A DNA stretch of 64,000 nucleotides, from positions 128,001 to 192,000 of the forward strand of contig CAVPOC010000006.1 of assembly GCA_963706955.1 (NCBI GenBank). The letters are read 5' to 3'. A program made the position numbers and the translations under genes. Shown one piece after another: positions 1 through 10,122 of the stretch. How positions within the stretch are numbered: position 1 is the first letter of the stretch; every line of letters starts with the position of its first letter. The notes beneath the pieces are model-generated. The model did no database searches and was not told where the DNA came from. It was given only the letters and a program-made list of their open reading frames with translations. Origin of the DNA: an uncultured Verrucomicrobiae bacterium. Lineage in GTDB: Bacteria; Verrucomicrobiota; Verrucomicrobiia; Chthoniobacterales; Terrimicrobiaceae.

Positions 1-472
1 GAGAGTCTTCGTGTCGGTCAAGCGGTGGGTCAGAGTGCTTTCGATGTTAACTTGATTTGGCGCGCCCACGCGCGGTGGCGCGGTCGTCCCGGGAGACGAG
101 CATTTCCACATATGAGTGGCGCTGAAAGTCAATGCAAAGGGCAAACTTTCTCTGCTTCCATCGGGAGGCGCGCCACGCGTAGGCGCTGGCACCGTCGCCG
201 CTAAATCCTGAATGCGTCTTAGCAGGGCTGCAACGGGGTTTTTCGCAAAAGCGGCGAGCAATGGTTGCAGATCCTTTCCGGGCGGGCGATGAGTCTTGCC
301 CATGATCGGCGCATCCATTAGTTAGGCCGAGCTGCTGATGACTGCCCGTTTTCTTTTTCCAAATCCGCGCCACGCGAATGTCTCAGTGTCCGCTCGCGCC
401 CGAACCAGGGCAAGCGGCCAACATTCGCGAGAGACGGGCTGTGCCGGAGCGTAAACCGTATCGCACGATCCT

Positions 473-1408
473 ATGGAATGGTATTGGTGGGTAATTTTTT
501 TGCTGATCGTCGCCGTCCTCCTGGCGATGGATCTGGGACTCTTCCAGCGGAAAGCGCACGAGGTAAAGCTTTCCGAGGCGGTCCAATCCACTTCCCTACG
601 TGTTGCCCTGGGGTTGCTTTTCTGCCTCGGAATTTACCTCGGATGGATTGGCGGTTACGACACCCGGGACGCGGCTTCACAAGCTGGCTTGGAATTTCTC
701 ACCGGCTATCTGGTTGAGATAGCGCTGAGCATCGACAACGTTTTCGTCTTCGCCCTGGTTTTTCAGTATTTCCGTGTTCCCCCGATGTATCAACATCGCG
801 TTCTTTTTTGGGGCATTCTAGGAGCGTTGATTATGCGTGCGATCTTGATCTTCGCCGGAATCGCACTGATCGAGAGGTTCCACTGGGTGATCTACATATT
901 CGCCATCGTCTTGATCTATGGCGGCATCAAGATGATTCGCCATGACATCGAGCAAACCGATCCCACCAAAAATCCCGTCCTGAAGCTGTTTCAACGGCTT
1001 GTTCCGATTACACCGAAACTCCACGGCCACCATTTTTTTGTGAAGGAAGATGGCCGCTGGATGGCAACTCCGCTGTGCGTCGTGCTGGTGGCGATCGAAA
1101 CGACGGATCTAATTTTTGCGGTGGACTCGATTCCCGCGGTGCTAGCGGTGACCCGCGATCCCTTCGTAGTCTTTACATCCAATGTTTTCGCGATCCTTGG
1201 CCTGCGCGCGATGTACTTTGCCCTCGCTGGAATCCTGAAGCTTTTCAAATTTCTCCACTACGGCCTCTCGGCCATCTTGGTTTTCATCGGAGTTAAGATG
1301 CTTCTCTCAGACACACCGTATTCCATCGGAACTGTCCAGTCGTTGGTCGTCGTCTTTGCACTCCTAGTCGTATCGGTCTCGGCCTCGCTCATTGTTCGCA
1401 AAGAGTAG
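473..1408 (+). CDS. TerC/Alx family integral membrane protein (metal homeostasis)
   Basis: Hydrophobic 311 aa ORF with TerC motifs EIALSIDNVFVF, QHRVLFWG, ETTDLIFAVDSIPA, FTSNVFAILGLR. Confidence 0.92.
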   Translation: MEWYWWVIFLLIVAVLLAMDLGLFQRKAHEVKLSEAVQSTSLRVALGLLFCLGIYLGWIGGYDTRDAASQAGLEFLTGYLVEIALSIDNVFVFALVFQYFRVPPMYQHRVLFWGILGALIMRAILIFAGIALIERFHWVIYIFAIVLIYGGIKMIRHDIEQTDPTKNPVLKLFQRLVPITPKLHGHHFFVKEDGRWMATPLCVVLVAIETTDLIFAVDSIPAVLAVTRDPFVVFTSNVFAILGLRAMYFALAGILKLFKFLHYGLSAILVFIGVKMLLSDTPYSIGTVQSLVVVFALLVVSVSASLIVRKE

Positions 1409-1472
1409 TCGAAGTGGCGCAAGAGATGGGCAGGCTTGACCGCTGGGGGTCAGACCGCGAGGATGCGCCACC

Positions 1473-2240
1473 TTGAGCGTCCCGTCTCTCGTTCAACTTC
1501 GTTGGGATCTGGCTTTTCTGGCCGACAACCAAACCGTGCGCTCGAAACGTTTTGGTATCCCACGGGAGGCCAAGTCTGTGCGCTATCCGATTCGCTTACT
1601 TCGCTATTGGTTCGGGTATCATTTGCTCCGTGAGGAAGCGGAACGAAGATCCAGAGCGCTCGACGTCGCTGAGATTGGCGTCCATAGCGGACAGATGCTG
1701 GAATTTGTCCGATCTGCGCCTGCCGAAGTGCCCTTGCGGAAGTGGACGGCAGTTGATGCAGTGATGCTGTGGGAAAAGCTGCGCAAGGCGGGCTACGACG
1801 ACTTTTTTGAGGCGAATCTCGAAAATCCCTCCTTTGCGCTGCCCGCCGATTACGACGTCGGGGTGCTCTTGCATATCTTGGAACATTTGTTCGAGCCGGA
1901 GGCCGCGCTGCAAAAGGTAGCTCGGCAAATTCGACCGGGAGGTGCAGTGATCGGCGGCTTTCCGGTTGTCCCCGCGGCCTTTGCAAGGTTGCGAGAGCGC
2001 AAAGTCAGAAGAACGGCGGCTCCGATGGGGCACGTCAGCGTTTTCTCGCCGGCTCGCGTCCGGCGAATGGCGAAAGAAAATGGACTGCAGCTTGAGTTCC
2101 TTAGCGGCGCATTTTTTATCAGAAGCAAGGGGAGCCCGCTGGAGAACTTTGCACTGTGGGCACGCTTCAATCTTCTCTGGGGAGCGATTTTTCCAGGATG
2201 GCCGGGTGAGATCTACTGGCTGATGCGAAAGCCGACGTAG
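1473..2240 (+). CDS. class I SAM-dependent methyltransferase-like protein
   Basis: Motif I-like VAEIGVHSG, then YDVGVLLHILEH and IRPGG; TTG start uncertain. Confidence 0.75.
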   Translation: MSVPSLVQLRWDLAFLADNQTVRSKRFGIPREAKSVRYPIRLLRYWFGYHLLREEAERRSRALDVAEIGVHSGQMLEFVRSAPAEVPLRKWTAVDAVMLWEKLRKAGYDDFFEANLENPSFALPADYDVGVLLHILEHLFEPEAALQKVARQIRPGGAVIGGFPVVPAAFARLRERKVRRTAAPMGHVSVFSPARVRRMAKENGLQLEFLSGAFFIRSKGSPLENFALWARFNLLWGAIFPGWPGEIYWLMRKPT

Positions 2241-2274
2241 GACAGATCACGCCGTGACACCATAGCGGGCTTGC

Positions 2275-3636
2275 TTAAAGGGAAATACCTTTGCCTGGCT
2301 CGGGAATGATAACTTCCGTTTCGGGCAGTTCGCGATAAAGCTTGAGTTGAAACCATTCAATGGCGACTCGATCGCCATGCACGAGGATGATTTTCTTTGG
2401 GCGGAGAGCAATCGCGTAGTTGAGCAGACTCTCCCTGCTGGCGTGAGAGCTAAAATTGAATTCTTCGATGCGGCAGCGCAGCTTAACGGGGGGCAACTTG
2501 GTATCAAGAACGACCTCCTCACCAGATTGCGCTGCGCGAATGCGCCCCGCCGGCGATTCGGGGTCCGAATACCCGACGAAGAAGAGGCTTTGGTTCTCAT
2601 CGCTGAGCACACGTCGTGCAAAGATATTGGAAAGTGTGTTTTCCGTCATCATCCCGCTGGAGAGCGCGAAAATGCATTTTCGCCGCGGTGAGATGGTATG
2701 GACCTCGTTTCCCGAGAGAACGTATGGTGCCAGTTCCTGCAGGAGTTGCATTTCGGGGTGGGCGCGCTGCGGGTCACGGGCCATGGCATCATAGAGGCCG
2801 CTGAGCTTGGTGCTGAGACCGCCGATATATATCGGGACCGGTGCGAGTAAACCGCGCAACCGCATTCGCCAAAAGATGGCCAGCAGCTCCTGAGTCTTCC
2901 CCAGGGCAAAGAGGGGAATAGTCACGCTGCCGCCGCGACCGAAGGCTTCGCGGATCGCTCGAAGCAGCCGGTCTTCCTCGCTGGCGCGCGAGTACCCTAC
3001 GGGAGTTTCCGAATCGCCGCGGGTCGTCTCCATGACGAGCACATCGACACTTCCTTCGGGAAAGATGGCCCCACGAATAAGCGTCTGATTCTCGAAGTTC
3101 ACATCTCCCGTGTAAAAAATGGTCTTGCCTTCGGCCCGGATAATCACGCCCGCAGCTCCCAGGATGTGGCCCGAGTGAAAGAATTCGCAGCTCACCTCAT
3201 TGTGACGCTCTCCCCCAAGATCGTAGCGACGACCGGTGGCGCAGGGTTGCCAGGTCTGCCGGGAAAATTCCACGCCACGGTGAGTGAACAGCGGGTAGTT
3301 CGGAATGTCGCGCTCCTCCTTTTGTCTAAGCATCACATTGACGGAGTTGTGCAGCATGACGTCGGCGATGCGGGTGGTTGGTTCCGTCATGAGCACCTTG
3401 GCGTGGGTTTCACGTCGGGTCAGATAGGGGAGTGTGCCGACATGATCCTGATGGGCGTGGGTAACAATGATCCAGTCGACTTTCTGGTCGGGAATTAACT
3501 GGAAATTCGGTGTCGCGGTCAGCCCCTCCTTCTTCGGGTGCATGCCGCTATCCAGAATGATCGACTTCCCTTTCGTTCGCAGAAGGTAGCAATTCGCCCC
3601 GATCTCAACGTCCCTCGTCAGATTCCAAAACTCCAT
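2275..3636 (-). CDS. MBL-fold metallo-hydrolase, beta-CASP ribonuclease family
   Basis: THAHQDH, GHILG, YTGD, METT, FSSH and LVHG motifs. Confidence 0.9.
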   Translation of the reverse strand: MEFWNLTRDVEIGANCYLLRTKGKSIILDSGMHPKKEGLTATPNFQLIPDQKVDWIIVTHAHQDHVGTLPYLTRRETHAKVLMTEPTTRIADVMLHNSVNVMLRQKEERDIPNYPLFTHRGVEFSRQTWQPCATGRRYDLGGERHNEVSCEFFHSGHILGAAGVIIRAEGKTIFYTGDVNFENQTLIRGAIFPEGSVDVLVMETTRGDSETPVGYSRASEEDRLLRAIREAFGRGGSVTIPLFALGKTQELLAIFWRMRLRGLLAPVPIYIGGLSTKLSGLYDAMARDPQRAHPEMQLLQELAPYVLSGNEVHTISPRRKCIFALSSGMMTENTLSNIFARRVLSDENQSLFFVGYSDPESPAGRIRAAQSGEEVVLDTKLPPVKLRCRIEEFNFSSHASRESLLNYAIALRPKKIILVHGDRVAIEWFQLKLYRELPETEVIIPEPGKGISL

Positions 3637-3818
3637 CTACTTCACGCTATAATGCGGAGAAAATAAACTCAGGGAATGGAAAATTCATCTTTTCCGCACT
3701 TTCGCGCGGGAGAGGGTCACGAGGCGGACGGGTTCCCGGCGGTTAGGACCGTCCGCGTGGCCCGTTTTAGCGGCCTTGATTGGGGTGCCCACCGCGGCTA
3801 TCTTGGCGGTCTTTTCTC

Positions 3819-5399
3819 ATGAGCACAAAGCCAGTCACTCTCTACGACACGACTCTGCGTGACGGGACGCAGGGCACCGGAATTTCGTTCTCGGTGCTCG
3901 ACAAGATTCGTGTTGCCGAGAAGCTAGATGCCTTCGGAATCGACTATATCGAAGGCGGCTGGCCTGGCTCGAATCCAAAGGATGCCGCCTTTTTCGAGCA
4001 GGCCGCGGAGCGCGAGTGGGCGCATGCAAAGATCGCCGCCTTCGGAATGACGCGTCGCGGTCGCATGAAGGTGGAAGAGGATTCTCAGGTTGAGATGCTG
4101 CTGGCCGCCAGGACGCCCGTGGTTACGATTGTTGGAAAGACCTGGCCCCTGCATGTCGCCGAGGTATTTGGCGTCAGCCTCGAGGAAAATTTAGCCATGA
4201 TTGGCGATACCGTCCGGTTCCTCAAAGAGCACGGAAAAGAAGTCTTTTACGACGCCGAACATTTCTTCGACAGCTTTCGCGAGAATCCCGAGTATTCGTT
4301 GGCAACCATCCAGGCGGCCCATGAGGCCGGTGCCGATTTGATCGTGCTTTGCGATACCAATGGCGGGTCTCTGCCCGATTTTTTGGGAGAAGCAACCGGA
4401 AGAGCAGTGTCGCATTTGAATTCGCCGGTGGGGATCCACACCCACAACGATGGGGGATTAGGTGTGGCCAATGCGCTCGTCGCGATCAAAGCAGGAGCGG
4501 TCCAGGTTCAAGGCACCATGAATGGATATGGCGAGCGCGTCGGCAATTGCAATCTGACTACTTTGATTCCGACTCTACAGCTGAAACTAGGGATGAACGT
4601 GATCCCCGACATGAGCATGCTGCGCGAGGTCGCCGTGTTTGTTGACGAGTTGGCCAATGTGCCTCACGACATTCGCGCACCTTATGTGGGCGTGGCCGCG
4701 TTTACCCACAAGGGCGGACTGCACGTTCATGCGGTTCAAAAACTGGCGCGCACCTACGAACATGTTGATCCCACCCTGGTCGGCAATAGACAGACGATCG
4801 TTGTCTCGGATATGTCCGGCCAAACCAACATTCTCATGAAGGCGCGTGATTTCGGTCTCGAGCTCGACAAAGGCTCACCGGAGGTCGGACGGATCCTGCA
4901 GCAGATCAAGGATGCCGAGGCGCAAGGTTACGAATATGAGGCCGCGGAGGGATCCTTCGAGCTCCTCGTGCGCAAGGCACTCGGCAGGTACCAACCGCTC
5001 TTCGAGCTGAAGGAATATCACTGCCACTACCGTTACACGGGGCGGGGCGGTTCGGACCCCTGCGAAGCCACCGTCAAATTGCTGGTCGGCGGCGTTCACG
5101 AATACACCGTCGCCGAGGGAGATGGACCCGTAAATGCCCTCGACGCGGCTTTGAGGAAGGCACTGAAACCCTTCTACGACTGGACCGATGAGGTTCGGCT
5201 GGTTGACTACAAGGTGCGAATCGTTGACAGCGCGCGAGGAACGGCCGCCCGCACACGGGTTTTGATTGTCTCGACCGATGGACGCGATACCTGGGGCACA
5301 GTGGGAGTGTCGGACAACATCATCGAAGCGAGTTGGCGCGCGCTCGTCGACAGTTTCGAACTCCACGCATTAAGAGATCTGGAGAAGGCTGGCTCCTAA
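3819..5399 (+). CDS. cimA: citramalate synthase
   Basis: YDTTLRDGTQ, GGWPGSNPKD, HTHND, GYGERVGN, HKGGLH and a LeuA-type allosteric C-terminus (GDGPVNALD); ATG at 3819. Confidence 0.92.
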   Translation: MSTKPVTLYDTTLRDGTQGTGISFSVLDKIRVAEKLDAFGIDYIEGGWPGSNPKDAAFFEQAAEREWAHAKIAAFGMTRRGRMKVEEDSQVEMLLAARTPVVTIVGKTWPLHVAEVFGVSLEENLAMIGDTVRFLKEHGKEVFYDAEHFFDSFRENPEYSLATIQAAHEAGADLIVLCDTNGGSLPDFLGEATGRAVSHLNSPVGIHTHNDGGLGVANALVAIKAGAVQVQGTMNGYGERVGNCNLTTLIPTLQLKLGMNVIPDMSMLREVAVFVDELANVPHDIRAPYVGVAAFTHKGGLHVHAVQKLARTYEHVDPTLVGNRQTIVVSDMSGQTNILMKARDFGLELDKGSPEVGRILQQIKDAEAQGYEYEAAEGSFELLVRKALGRYQPLFELKEYHCHYRYTGRGGSDPCEATVKLLVGGVHEYTVAEGDGPVNALDAALRKALKPFYDWTDEVRLVDYKVRIVDSARGTAARTRVLIVSTDGRDTWGTVGVSDNIIEASWRALVDSFELHALRDLEKAGS

Positions 5400-5498
5400 G
5401 TTGTCGCGGAAGTGGACTCGAGAGAGCCGTGCGGCCATTGCTGCTGCTGCGCCTTGGTGCCTTCCGATCGCTGACGCGAAGCAGCACATTGAGAAAAT

Positions 5499-5564
5499 TT
5501 GTAGAGGCGCTTGTGCCAAGCGCCAGTAGATTTCGCTGGGCGCTTGACACAAGTGCCCCTACAA
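5499..5564. repeat. GTAG-type REP doublet (REPIN-like inverted repeat)
   Basis: ttGTAGaGGCGCTTGtgcCAAGCGCC followed by an inverted copy gggcgcttgacacaagtgcccCTACaa; each arm is itself a palindrome. Confidence 0.75.
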
Positions 5565-5639
5565 CGATTTCGGGTTACCAGTTTGTTGTCCTGCTATACC
5601 TCGTGGGACGATCGACAGGAGAACAGGAGGAAGCAAATT

Positions 5640-5930
5640 ATGTATGCAAGCGTCCGACGATACGATGGTGTGACCGATGTCCGTGAGGCAATTCGGCGCG
5701 TGAATGAAGGCTTTATTCAGATCGTTAGCGAGATTCCCGGCTTTGCCGCTTACTACTGGATCGATGCTGGAGACGGCGTAATGATCTCAGTGAGCGTGTT
5801 TCAGGATCGAGCAAGCGCTGATCAGTCCAACGCCAGGGCTGCGGACTACGTGCGAGAGAATCTCACCGCGGTCCTCCCAAATCGACCCCAGATCACAGCC
5901 GGAGAAGTTGTCGCGCATACGGCGAGATAG
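5640..5930 (+). CDS. small antibiotic-biosynthesis-monooxygenase-like (dimeric alpha+beta barrel) protein
   Basis: AGGAGG RBS before ATG 5640; MYASVRRY...IPGFAAYYWID...SVSVF pattern. Confidence 0.75.
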   Translation: MYASVRRYDGVTDVREAIRRVNEGFIQIVSEIPGFAAYYWIDAGDGVMISVSVFQDRASADQSNARAADYVRENLTAVLPNRPQITAGEVVAHTAR

Positions 5931-6076
5931 GTTTGTTTTTCAGGAAATTTCGTAGTGGCTGATCTCATCCGCGCGCTGCCGCGCCGGAGTTGGTGCCGGA
6001 TTGCCTTGCTGCTTTCGGCAGTTTCGGACTCGAGGTGGGCCTAAGGCGATGCCGATTTTTGGCGAGTGTTCATCGA

Positions 6077-7111
6077 GTGTTTGAGCAACTCTCTCGTTGT
6101 AGACTTGCCGGCTTCCTACTCCTGGCACTATTACTTTCCGGCTGCGTAAACCATCATCTCATCCACTCGCGTCGACCGCCTCCAGGTGCGGATCGCTGGA
6201 GCGAGTTGGTAACAAGCAGGACCCTGCGCATGCGTCTGGAATGGGTGCGGCCGGCGAAGCGCGGTCCACTGCCGGTGGTAATTGTCCACCCCGAGGCGGG
6301 ACACCGCGCTGTCGATATGCGCGGAATCCTCAACGACCTGGCGGGGGCAGGGTATCTCGCGGTTGGGGTCGATTATCAGCGCCGGAAAGGTTCTCGCTGG
6401 CGGCAGAGTCTGTTTCCGTGGCAAGATCCGGAGGACCCCAAACGGGTGATGGATCGGGTTCGCGCCTATCCGAATGTGGATCCCGAACGTATCGGCCTCC
6501 TCGGCTTCTCGCAGGGTGGCGTATTTAGCCTGCTCATCGCCGCCTACGAAGGAGGCGCGGCCGCGGTGGTTGCCTATTACCCGGTAACCGACTTCGAACG
6601 CTGGTTGGACGCGCCGGGCGCAGGGCTTGGGCGGCGACTTGTCTTTGGGTTGATCCGTATCGGATTTCGTCGAGCCAGTGGCGCGCGAAGCGACCAAGAG
6701 CTGCAAACTCTCCTGCGGCGGGCGTCACCGTTTTGGCAGGCCAAGTCAATTAGAGCTCCCGTCCTTCTCGTGCACGGCGACAGCGACGGCTCGGCCGATA
6801 TCGAGGAATCGCGTCAACTGGCGCGACGCTTGGCCGAGCTCAAGCGTCCTGTCGAGCTTCTTGTGATCCGCGGCGGCGGCCACGTCTTCAACTTTCGCGA
6901 CCCTACTCAAGCTGACCTCGCCTGGACTGCGACCCTTCGCTTCCTCGACCGCTATTTGCGGTCTGGGCGATCTTCCCTTTTGCGCAGTAGCAGATCATCG
7001 GGCACACCATGTCGCTCCCTGGCTGAAGTTCGACCTACAAATCGCTTCGGCGCAGGTGGTGGCGAGCCCGCGCGCGCATCTCCCGTAAAACAGACTCAGC
7101 TCGTGTGGTGA
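6077..7111 (+). CDS. alpha/beta hydrolase (dienelactone hydrolase / S9 peptidase-like), probable lipoprotein
   Basis: GFSQG nucleophile elbow, VHGDSD, GGGH; LLLSGC lipobox-like segment; start uncertain (ORF is open from 5990). Confidence 0.8.
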   Translation: MFEQLSRCRLAGFLLLALLLSGCVNHHLIHSRRPPPGADRWSELVTSRTLRMRLEWVRPAKRGPLPVVIVHPEAGHRAVDMRGILNDLAGAGYLAVGVDYQRRKGSRWRQSLFPWQDPEDPKRVMDRVRAYPNVDPERIGLLGFSQGGVFSLLIAAYEGGAAAVVAYYPVTDFERWLDAPGAGLGRRLVFGLIRIGFRRASGARSDQELQTLLRRASPFWQAKSIRAPVLLVHGDSDGSADIEESRQLARRLAELKRPVELLVIRGGGHVFNFRDPTQADLAWTATLRFLDRYLRSGRSSLLRSSRSSGTPCRSLAEVRPTNRFGAGGGEPARASPVKQTQLVW

Positions 7112-7584
7112 TCTTCTCCTCGGAGGGACAATTCGCGGCGCAAGCCCTCCTCGCCACGTGCCATGGCCCATCGATGGTTCCAACGGAAGAGCGGCTTAAA
7201 AAGAAAGGAAAGATATCTTAGCAACGGCTTCTCGGCCCGCAAACGCCAGTCAAAGGATATCTTCAAGTCGTTGGCGCGTTCCGTGAGTGTCCAGATGCCA
7301 CGTCCCACGAAATCACCGGTTGCTTCAATGGTGAAACCGTGGGGGCGGCGGGTTCGAACAATTCGCGCATTCCACCGGAGCCGGTAAGGTAGTTTGCCAC
7401 GCGTTACGAGTCGATAGCTTTGGCCAAGCCCGTCTTTTTCGGCAGAGTTCAATGGCGTTACGGCGAGGTAAACATCAGGCCACCAGCGAAGATAACCGGG
7501 CACATCCGTCAGAACTTCATAAGCGTTTTCGGGCGTGCCTTTGACCCGCCAGTGACTCAGAAACACGTAGTCGTTCGCTGGCAC
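7096..7584 (-). CDS. SRPBCC (polyketide cyclase/START-like) family protein
   Basis: YLRWWP, GKLPYRL, ATGDFVGRG, FRWNHRWAM. Confidence 0.8.
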   Translation of the reverse strand: MPANDYVFLSHWRVKGTPENAYEVLTDVPGYLRWWPDVYLAVTPLNSAEKDGLGQSYRLVTRGKLPYRLRWNARIVRTRRPHGFTIEATGDFVGRGIWTLTERANDLKISFDWRLRAEKPLLRYLSFLFKPLFRWNHRWAMARGEEGLRRELSLRGEDHHTS

Positions 7585-7615
7585 AGTGCGGGTCGAGGCT
7601 AAGGAAGGGTTGCGA

Positions 7616-8941
7616 CTAGCCGATTTGGCCGGTTTGCCCTAGAGCGTCTTCGCGATAAAATCGTGCGTAGAACTCCGGATCGAGCCGATGGGCTTGGAAC
7701 GCGAGCACGGTCCTGAAAGGACCTCCGCAAACTGGAAACCGCCCGTAGCGCTCATGCAGGTAGCGGCAGTAGGCGATTGTTGCCTCGATGGCCTTCGAAG
7801 AGTACGAGGGAATCCCAGCCTGAACCGCCGCACCATCGCGCCAGCCGGTCACTGCGCCGCCATCACGAAACGTTCCGCGGCCCTCCGCATACTTGTAGTC
7901 AAGGAAGGCGAGCACCGCCTCTTCCATGTCCCGATAGTAGGGTGGGCAAAATGGCTTCAGCAGCACGTTGTCGTTGTGTTCGAGTCCGATAGGCGTAGGG
8001 ACCTGAATGTCCGGCGATCCGCCCGACCCCAGACCGATGAGCTTTTGGAAGGAGATGTTTTCTGAGCGAAATCCTAAGGCAAGTGGCCAGATGAACGGAT
8101 GCGCGGCAAAGTGGGGAAAGCCTCCGAGCCCCAGGGCGGCACACATCAAGCCGAGGTTTTGATGGATGGCGCCTTGCTCGATGGCAACGAATTCACAGAT
8201 CCAAGTCTCGATAAAGCTCACCGTCAGCAAGCGTCCGGCTGCCGGATCATCGTGAAGGGATCCGCCTACGCTGCGGGCAAACTGCGCCACGCCCGCCGGC
8301 TGGTGTGCATTGCGGTCGTCCAGCACAAACATCGCGAAATCTTCGTCGAAGACAGAAAGCATTACGTTGATGTAAAGGGCCGTTAGCTCGGCGACAGGTA
8401 GGAAGTAGGTCGTGCCAGGAACATTCGCCATCCACTTGTTGAATGGAGCCACGAACGGCACTTGACAGGGGACATTCAAGCGGTGATCCGCGATCTCGAT
8501 GCGTGCTTTTTGGTAGAGCGGCACGAGTTCCTTTTTCCTGGCTGCCTCGATAAGCTCGGGAACCTCCTGGCGCGCGTAATCCTGTGGTCGCTTGAGCATC
8601 CAGGTGCCGGAATCGTTGAAGACGAAGACAGCACAATCGTGCATGGCGTCACCACTGGCGATCGTTCGGCCGATGAAATGCGTCATTATATTTCCACCAC
8701 TCGACTCGGGGGTGGTGGAACGCCCGTAGGGCAGTTCAGCGAGGGCGTAGCCAGTCACCCCGCAGGCGGCGAAGGCCAATGCAGCTTCCTGGTCCTCGGT
8801 GAGCGGATTCGGCGCGTGCTGACTTCGAAAGGCGAGTGGGCCAGTTGGCAGATTCATGCCCTGCGCGAAACGCCGCGACCTGCGGGCAAGCATTGCATCG
8901 ATGAGCAAGACGTCGTCTGGAGTGTTTGGTGGCGTCTCCAT
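7616..8941 (-). CDS. hypothetical protein with nitroreductase-like (FMN-binding) features
   Basis: N-terminal RRSRRF and later EQGAIHQNLGLMCAALGLGG, both typical of the nitroreductase fold. Confidence 0.6.
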   Translation of the reverse strand: METPPNTPDDVLLIDAMLARRSRRFAQGMNLPTGPLAFRSQHAPNPLTEDQEAALAFAACGVTGYALAELPYGRSTTPESSGGNIMTHFIGRTIASGDAMHDCAVFVFNDSGTWMLKRPQDYARQEVPELIEAARKKELVPLYQKARIEIADHRLNVPCQVPFVAPFNKWMANVPGTTYFLPVAELTALYINVMLSVFDEDFAMFVLDDRNAHQPAGVAQFARSVGGSLHDDPAAGRLLTVSFIETWICEFVAIEQGAIHQNLGLMCAALGLGGFPHFAAHPFIWPLALGFRSENISFQKLIGLGSGGSPDIQVPTPIGLEHNDNVLLKPFCPPYYRDMEEAVLAFLDYKYAEGRGTFRDGGAVTGWRDGAAVQAGIPSYSSKAIEATIAYCRYLHERYGRFPVCGGPFRTVLAFQAHRLDPEFYARFYREDALGQTGQIG

Positions 8942-8960
8942 GGAACAAGCGCTCGCTATC

Positions 8961-9689
8961 TCATCTCTTCAATTTGGCCCCGCCCTCGAGAGGGAAGCTC
9001 CGAAATTCGCTTTGACTAACGGATTCTGCCTCTTCGTAATCCAGGTGCCGCGGTTCGCCCCCGGGCTTTCGTTCGGCGTAATATGCCCTCCAAGTGCGAC
9101 GGGCAACTCGCGTGGTAATCGCCGTGACCGCCAGGGTGGCCGCAAGCCCAAGCCCGTAGAACGCCCAGGTAACTGGATCATGCGGTGTAACTCCGGCACT
9201 CGTGCGCAATGCTTTCCCGACCATCGCGCCCACGTAGGTGTAAGCCGCGCTCGGAGGAAGAAACCCGACAAATGATGCAACGGTGAATCTCCAAAAGGAA
9301 ATTTGAATAAGTCCCGCGGCGTAGCTGACCAGACTGTGAGGAATGATCGGCGACATCCGACTAATCAGAATCATCCGCCAGCCTTCCGAGGAGACTGCTT
9401 TGTCCAATGCCCGGAATTTCGCATTCTGACCGATCCTTTTCTGCATCCAATTTCTGGCCAGATAGCGACTGGTGATAAAATTTACCGCGGCGCCGACGGT
9501 GGAACTAACGGTCACCAGGGCGGTGCTGAACCAAAAACCATACACGGCGCCAGCGCCGATCGTCAGGATCGAACCCGGTAGAAAAAACACGCACGTGAGC
9601 GTGTAAAGGAAAATGAACCAGCCAGCGCCAACCCACCCACTCTGCGCGATCCACTCCATCGAGTGGTGAAGGAACTCGGAGAGGTTCAT
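8961..9689 (-). CDS. TVP38/TMEM64 (VTT/DedA-like) membrane protein
   Basis: LPGSILTIGAGAVYG, RMSPIIP, SYAAG motifs. Confidence 0.88.
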   Translation of the reverse strand: MNLSEFLHHSMEWIAQSGWVGAGWFIFLYTLTCVFFLPGSILTIGAGAVYGFWFSTALVTVSSTVGAAVNFITSRYLARNWMQKRIGQNAKFRALDKAVSSEGWRMILISRMSPIIPHSLVSYAAGLIQISFWRFTVASFVGFLPPSAAYTYVGAMVGKALRTSAGVTPHDPVTWAFYGLGLAATLAVTAITTRVARRTWRAYYAERKPGGEPRHLDYEEAESVSQSEFRSFPLEGGAKLKR

Positions 9690-10070
9690 TTCTACGGACG
9701 GGCGCAGCGCAGCAAATTATCTTCGCTCAAAAGCTCCGCCCACGAAACCAAAGAGTTCGCGAATCTTTTCCAAGTAGTTCGAACGAGTGAGACCTGGCAG
9801 GGTATGCCGATTGGATCGAGCGCGTGCATATCACACGTCTAGCGAATGCTCTGGGCATTCGATAGCGCAAAATGGCTGAGCAATTTGGCACGCGGATTTC
9901 TCGTGATCGCGCTTGCGTAGCGCTCTCCTCGGAATTCGCGTCTCCGCAAATTTCGTCATTCGCCGATGTAACGGGCCGTGTCCCGGCCAGCGCGCGCCTA
10001 GGTGGGTCCACCGCAGAGACGCCTCGACGTGAGGACACGGTCGCTATCGATCCGCGAATCCTATCCGCCG

Positions 10071-10103
10071 AAAGCAAAAGGGCGGACTGGTGGTCCGCCC
10101 TTT
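10071..10103 (-). terminator. intrinsic terminator after rplQ
   Basis: Hairpin AAAGGGCGGAC-N5-GTCCGCCCTTT followed on the minus strand by a U-rich tract, about 20 nt after the rplQ stop. Confidence 0.8.
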
Positions 10104-10122
10104 CGGTAGGTGTTCGGGGACC

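Noticed and set aside
130..260. GCAAAGGGCAAAC resembling the start of a c-di-GMP-I riboswitch, or a yybP-ykoY riboswitch upstream of the TerC gene
   Set aside because: No GAAA tetraloop stem, no GCAAAGC segment and no convincing yybP architecture visible.
6960..7111. Low-complexity C-terminal extension of the alpha/beta hydrolase overlapping the SRPBCC gene
   Set aside because: Probably a lost stop or sequencing indel; cannot be resolved from the sequence.
9885..9901. TTGGCACGCGGATTTCT sigma54-like site
   Set aside because: Lacks the -12 GC and has no credible downstream gene on that strand.
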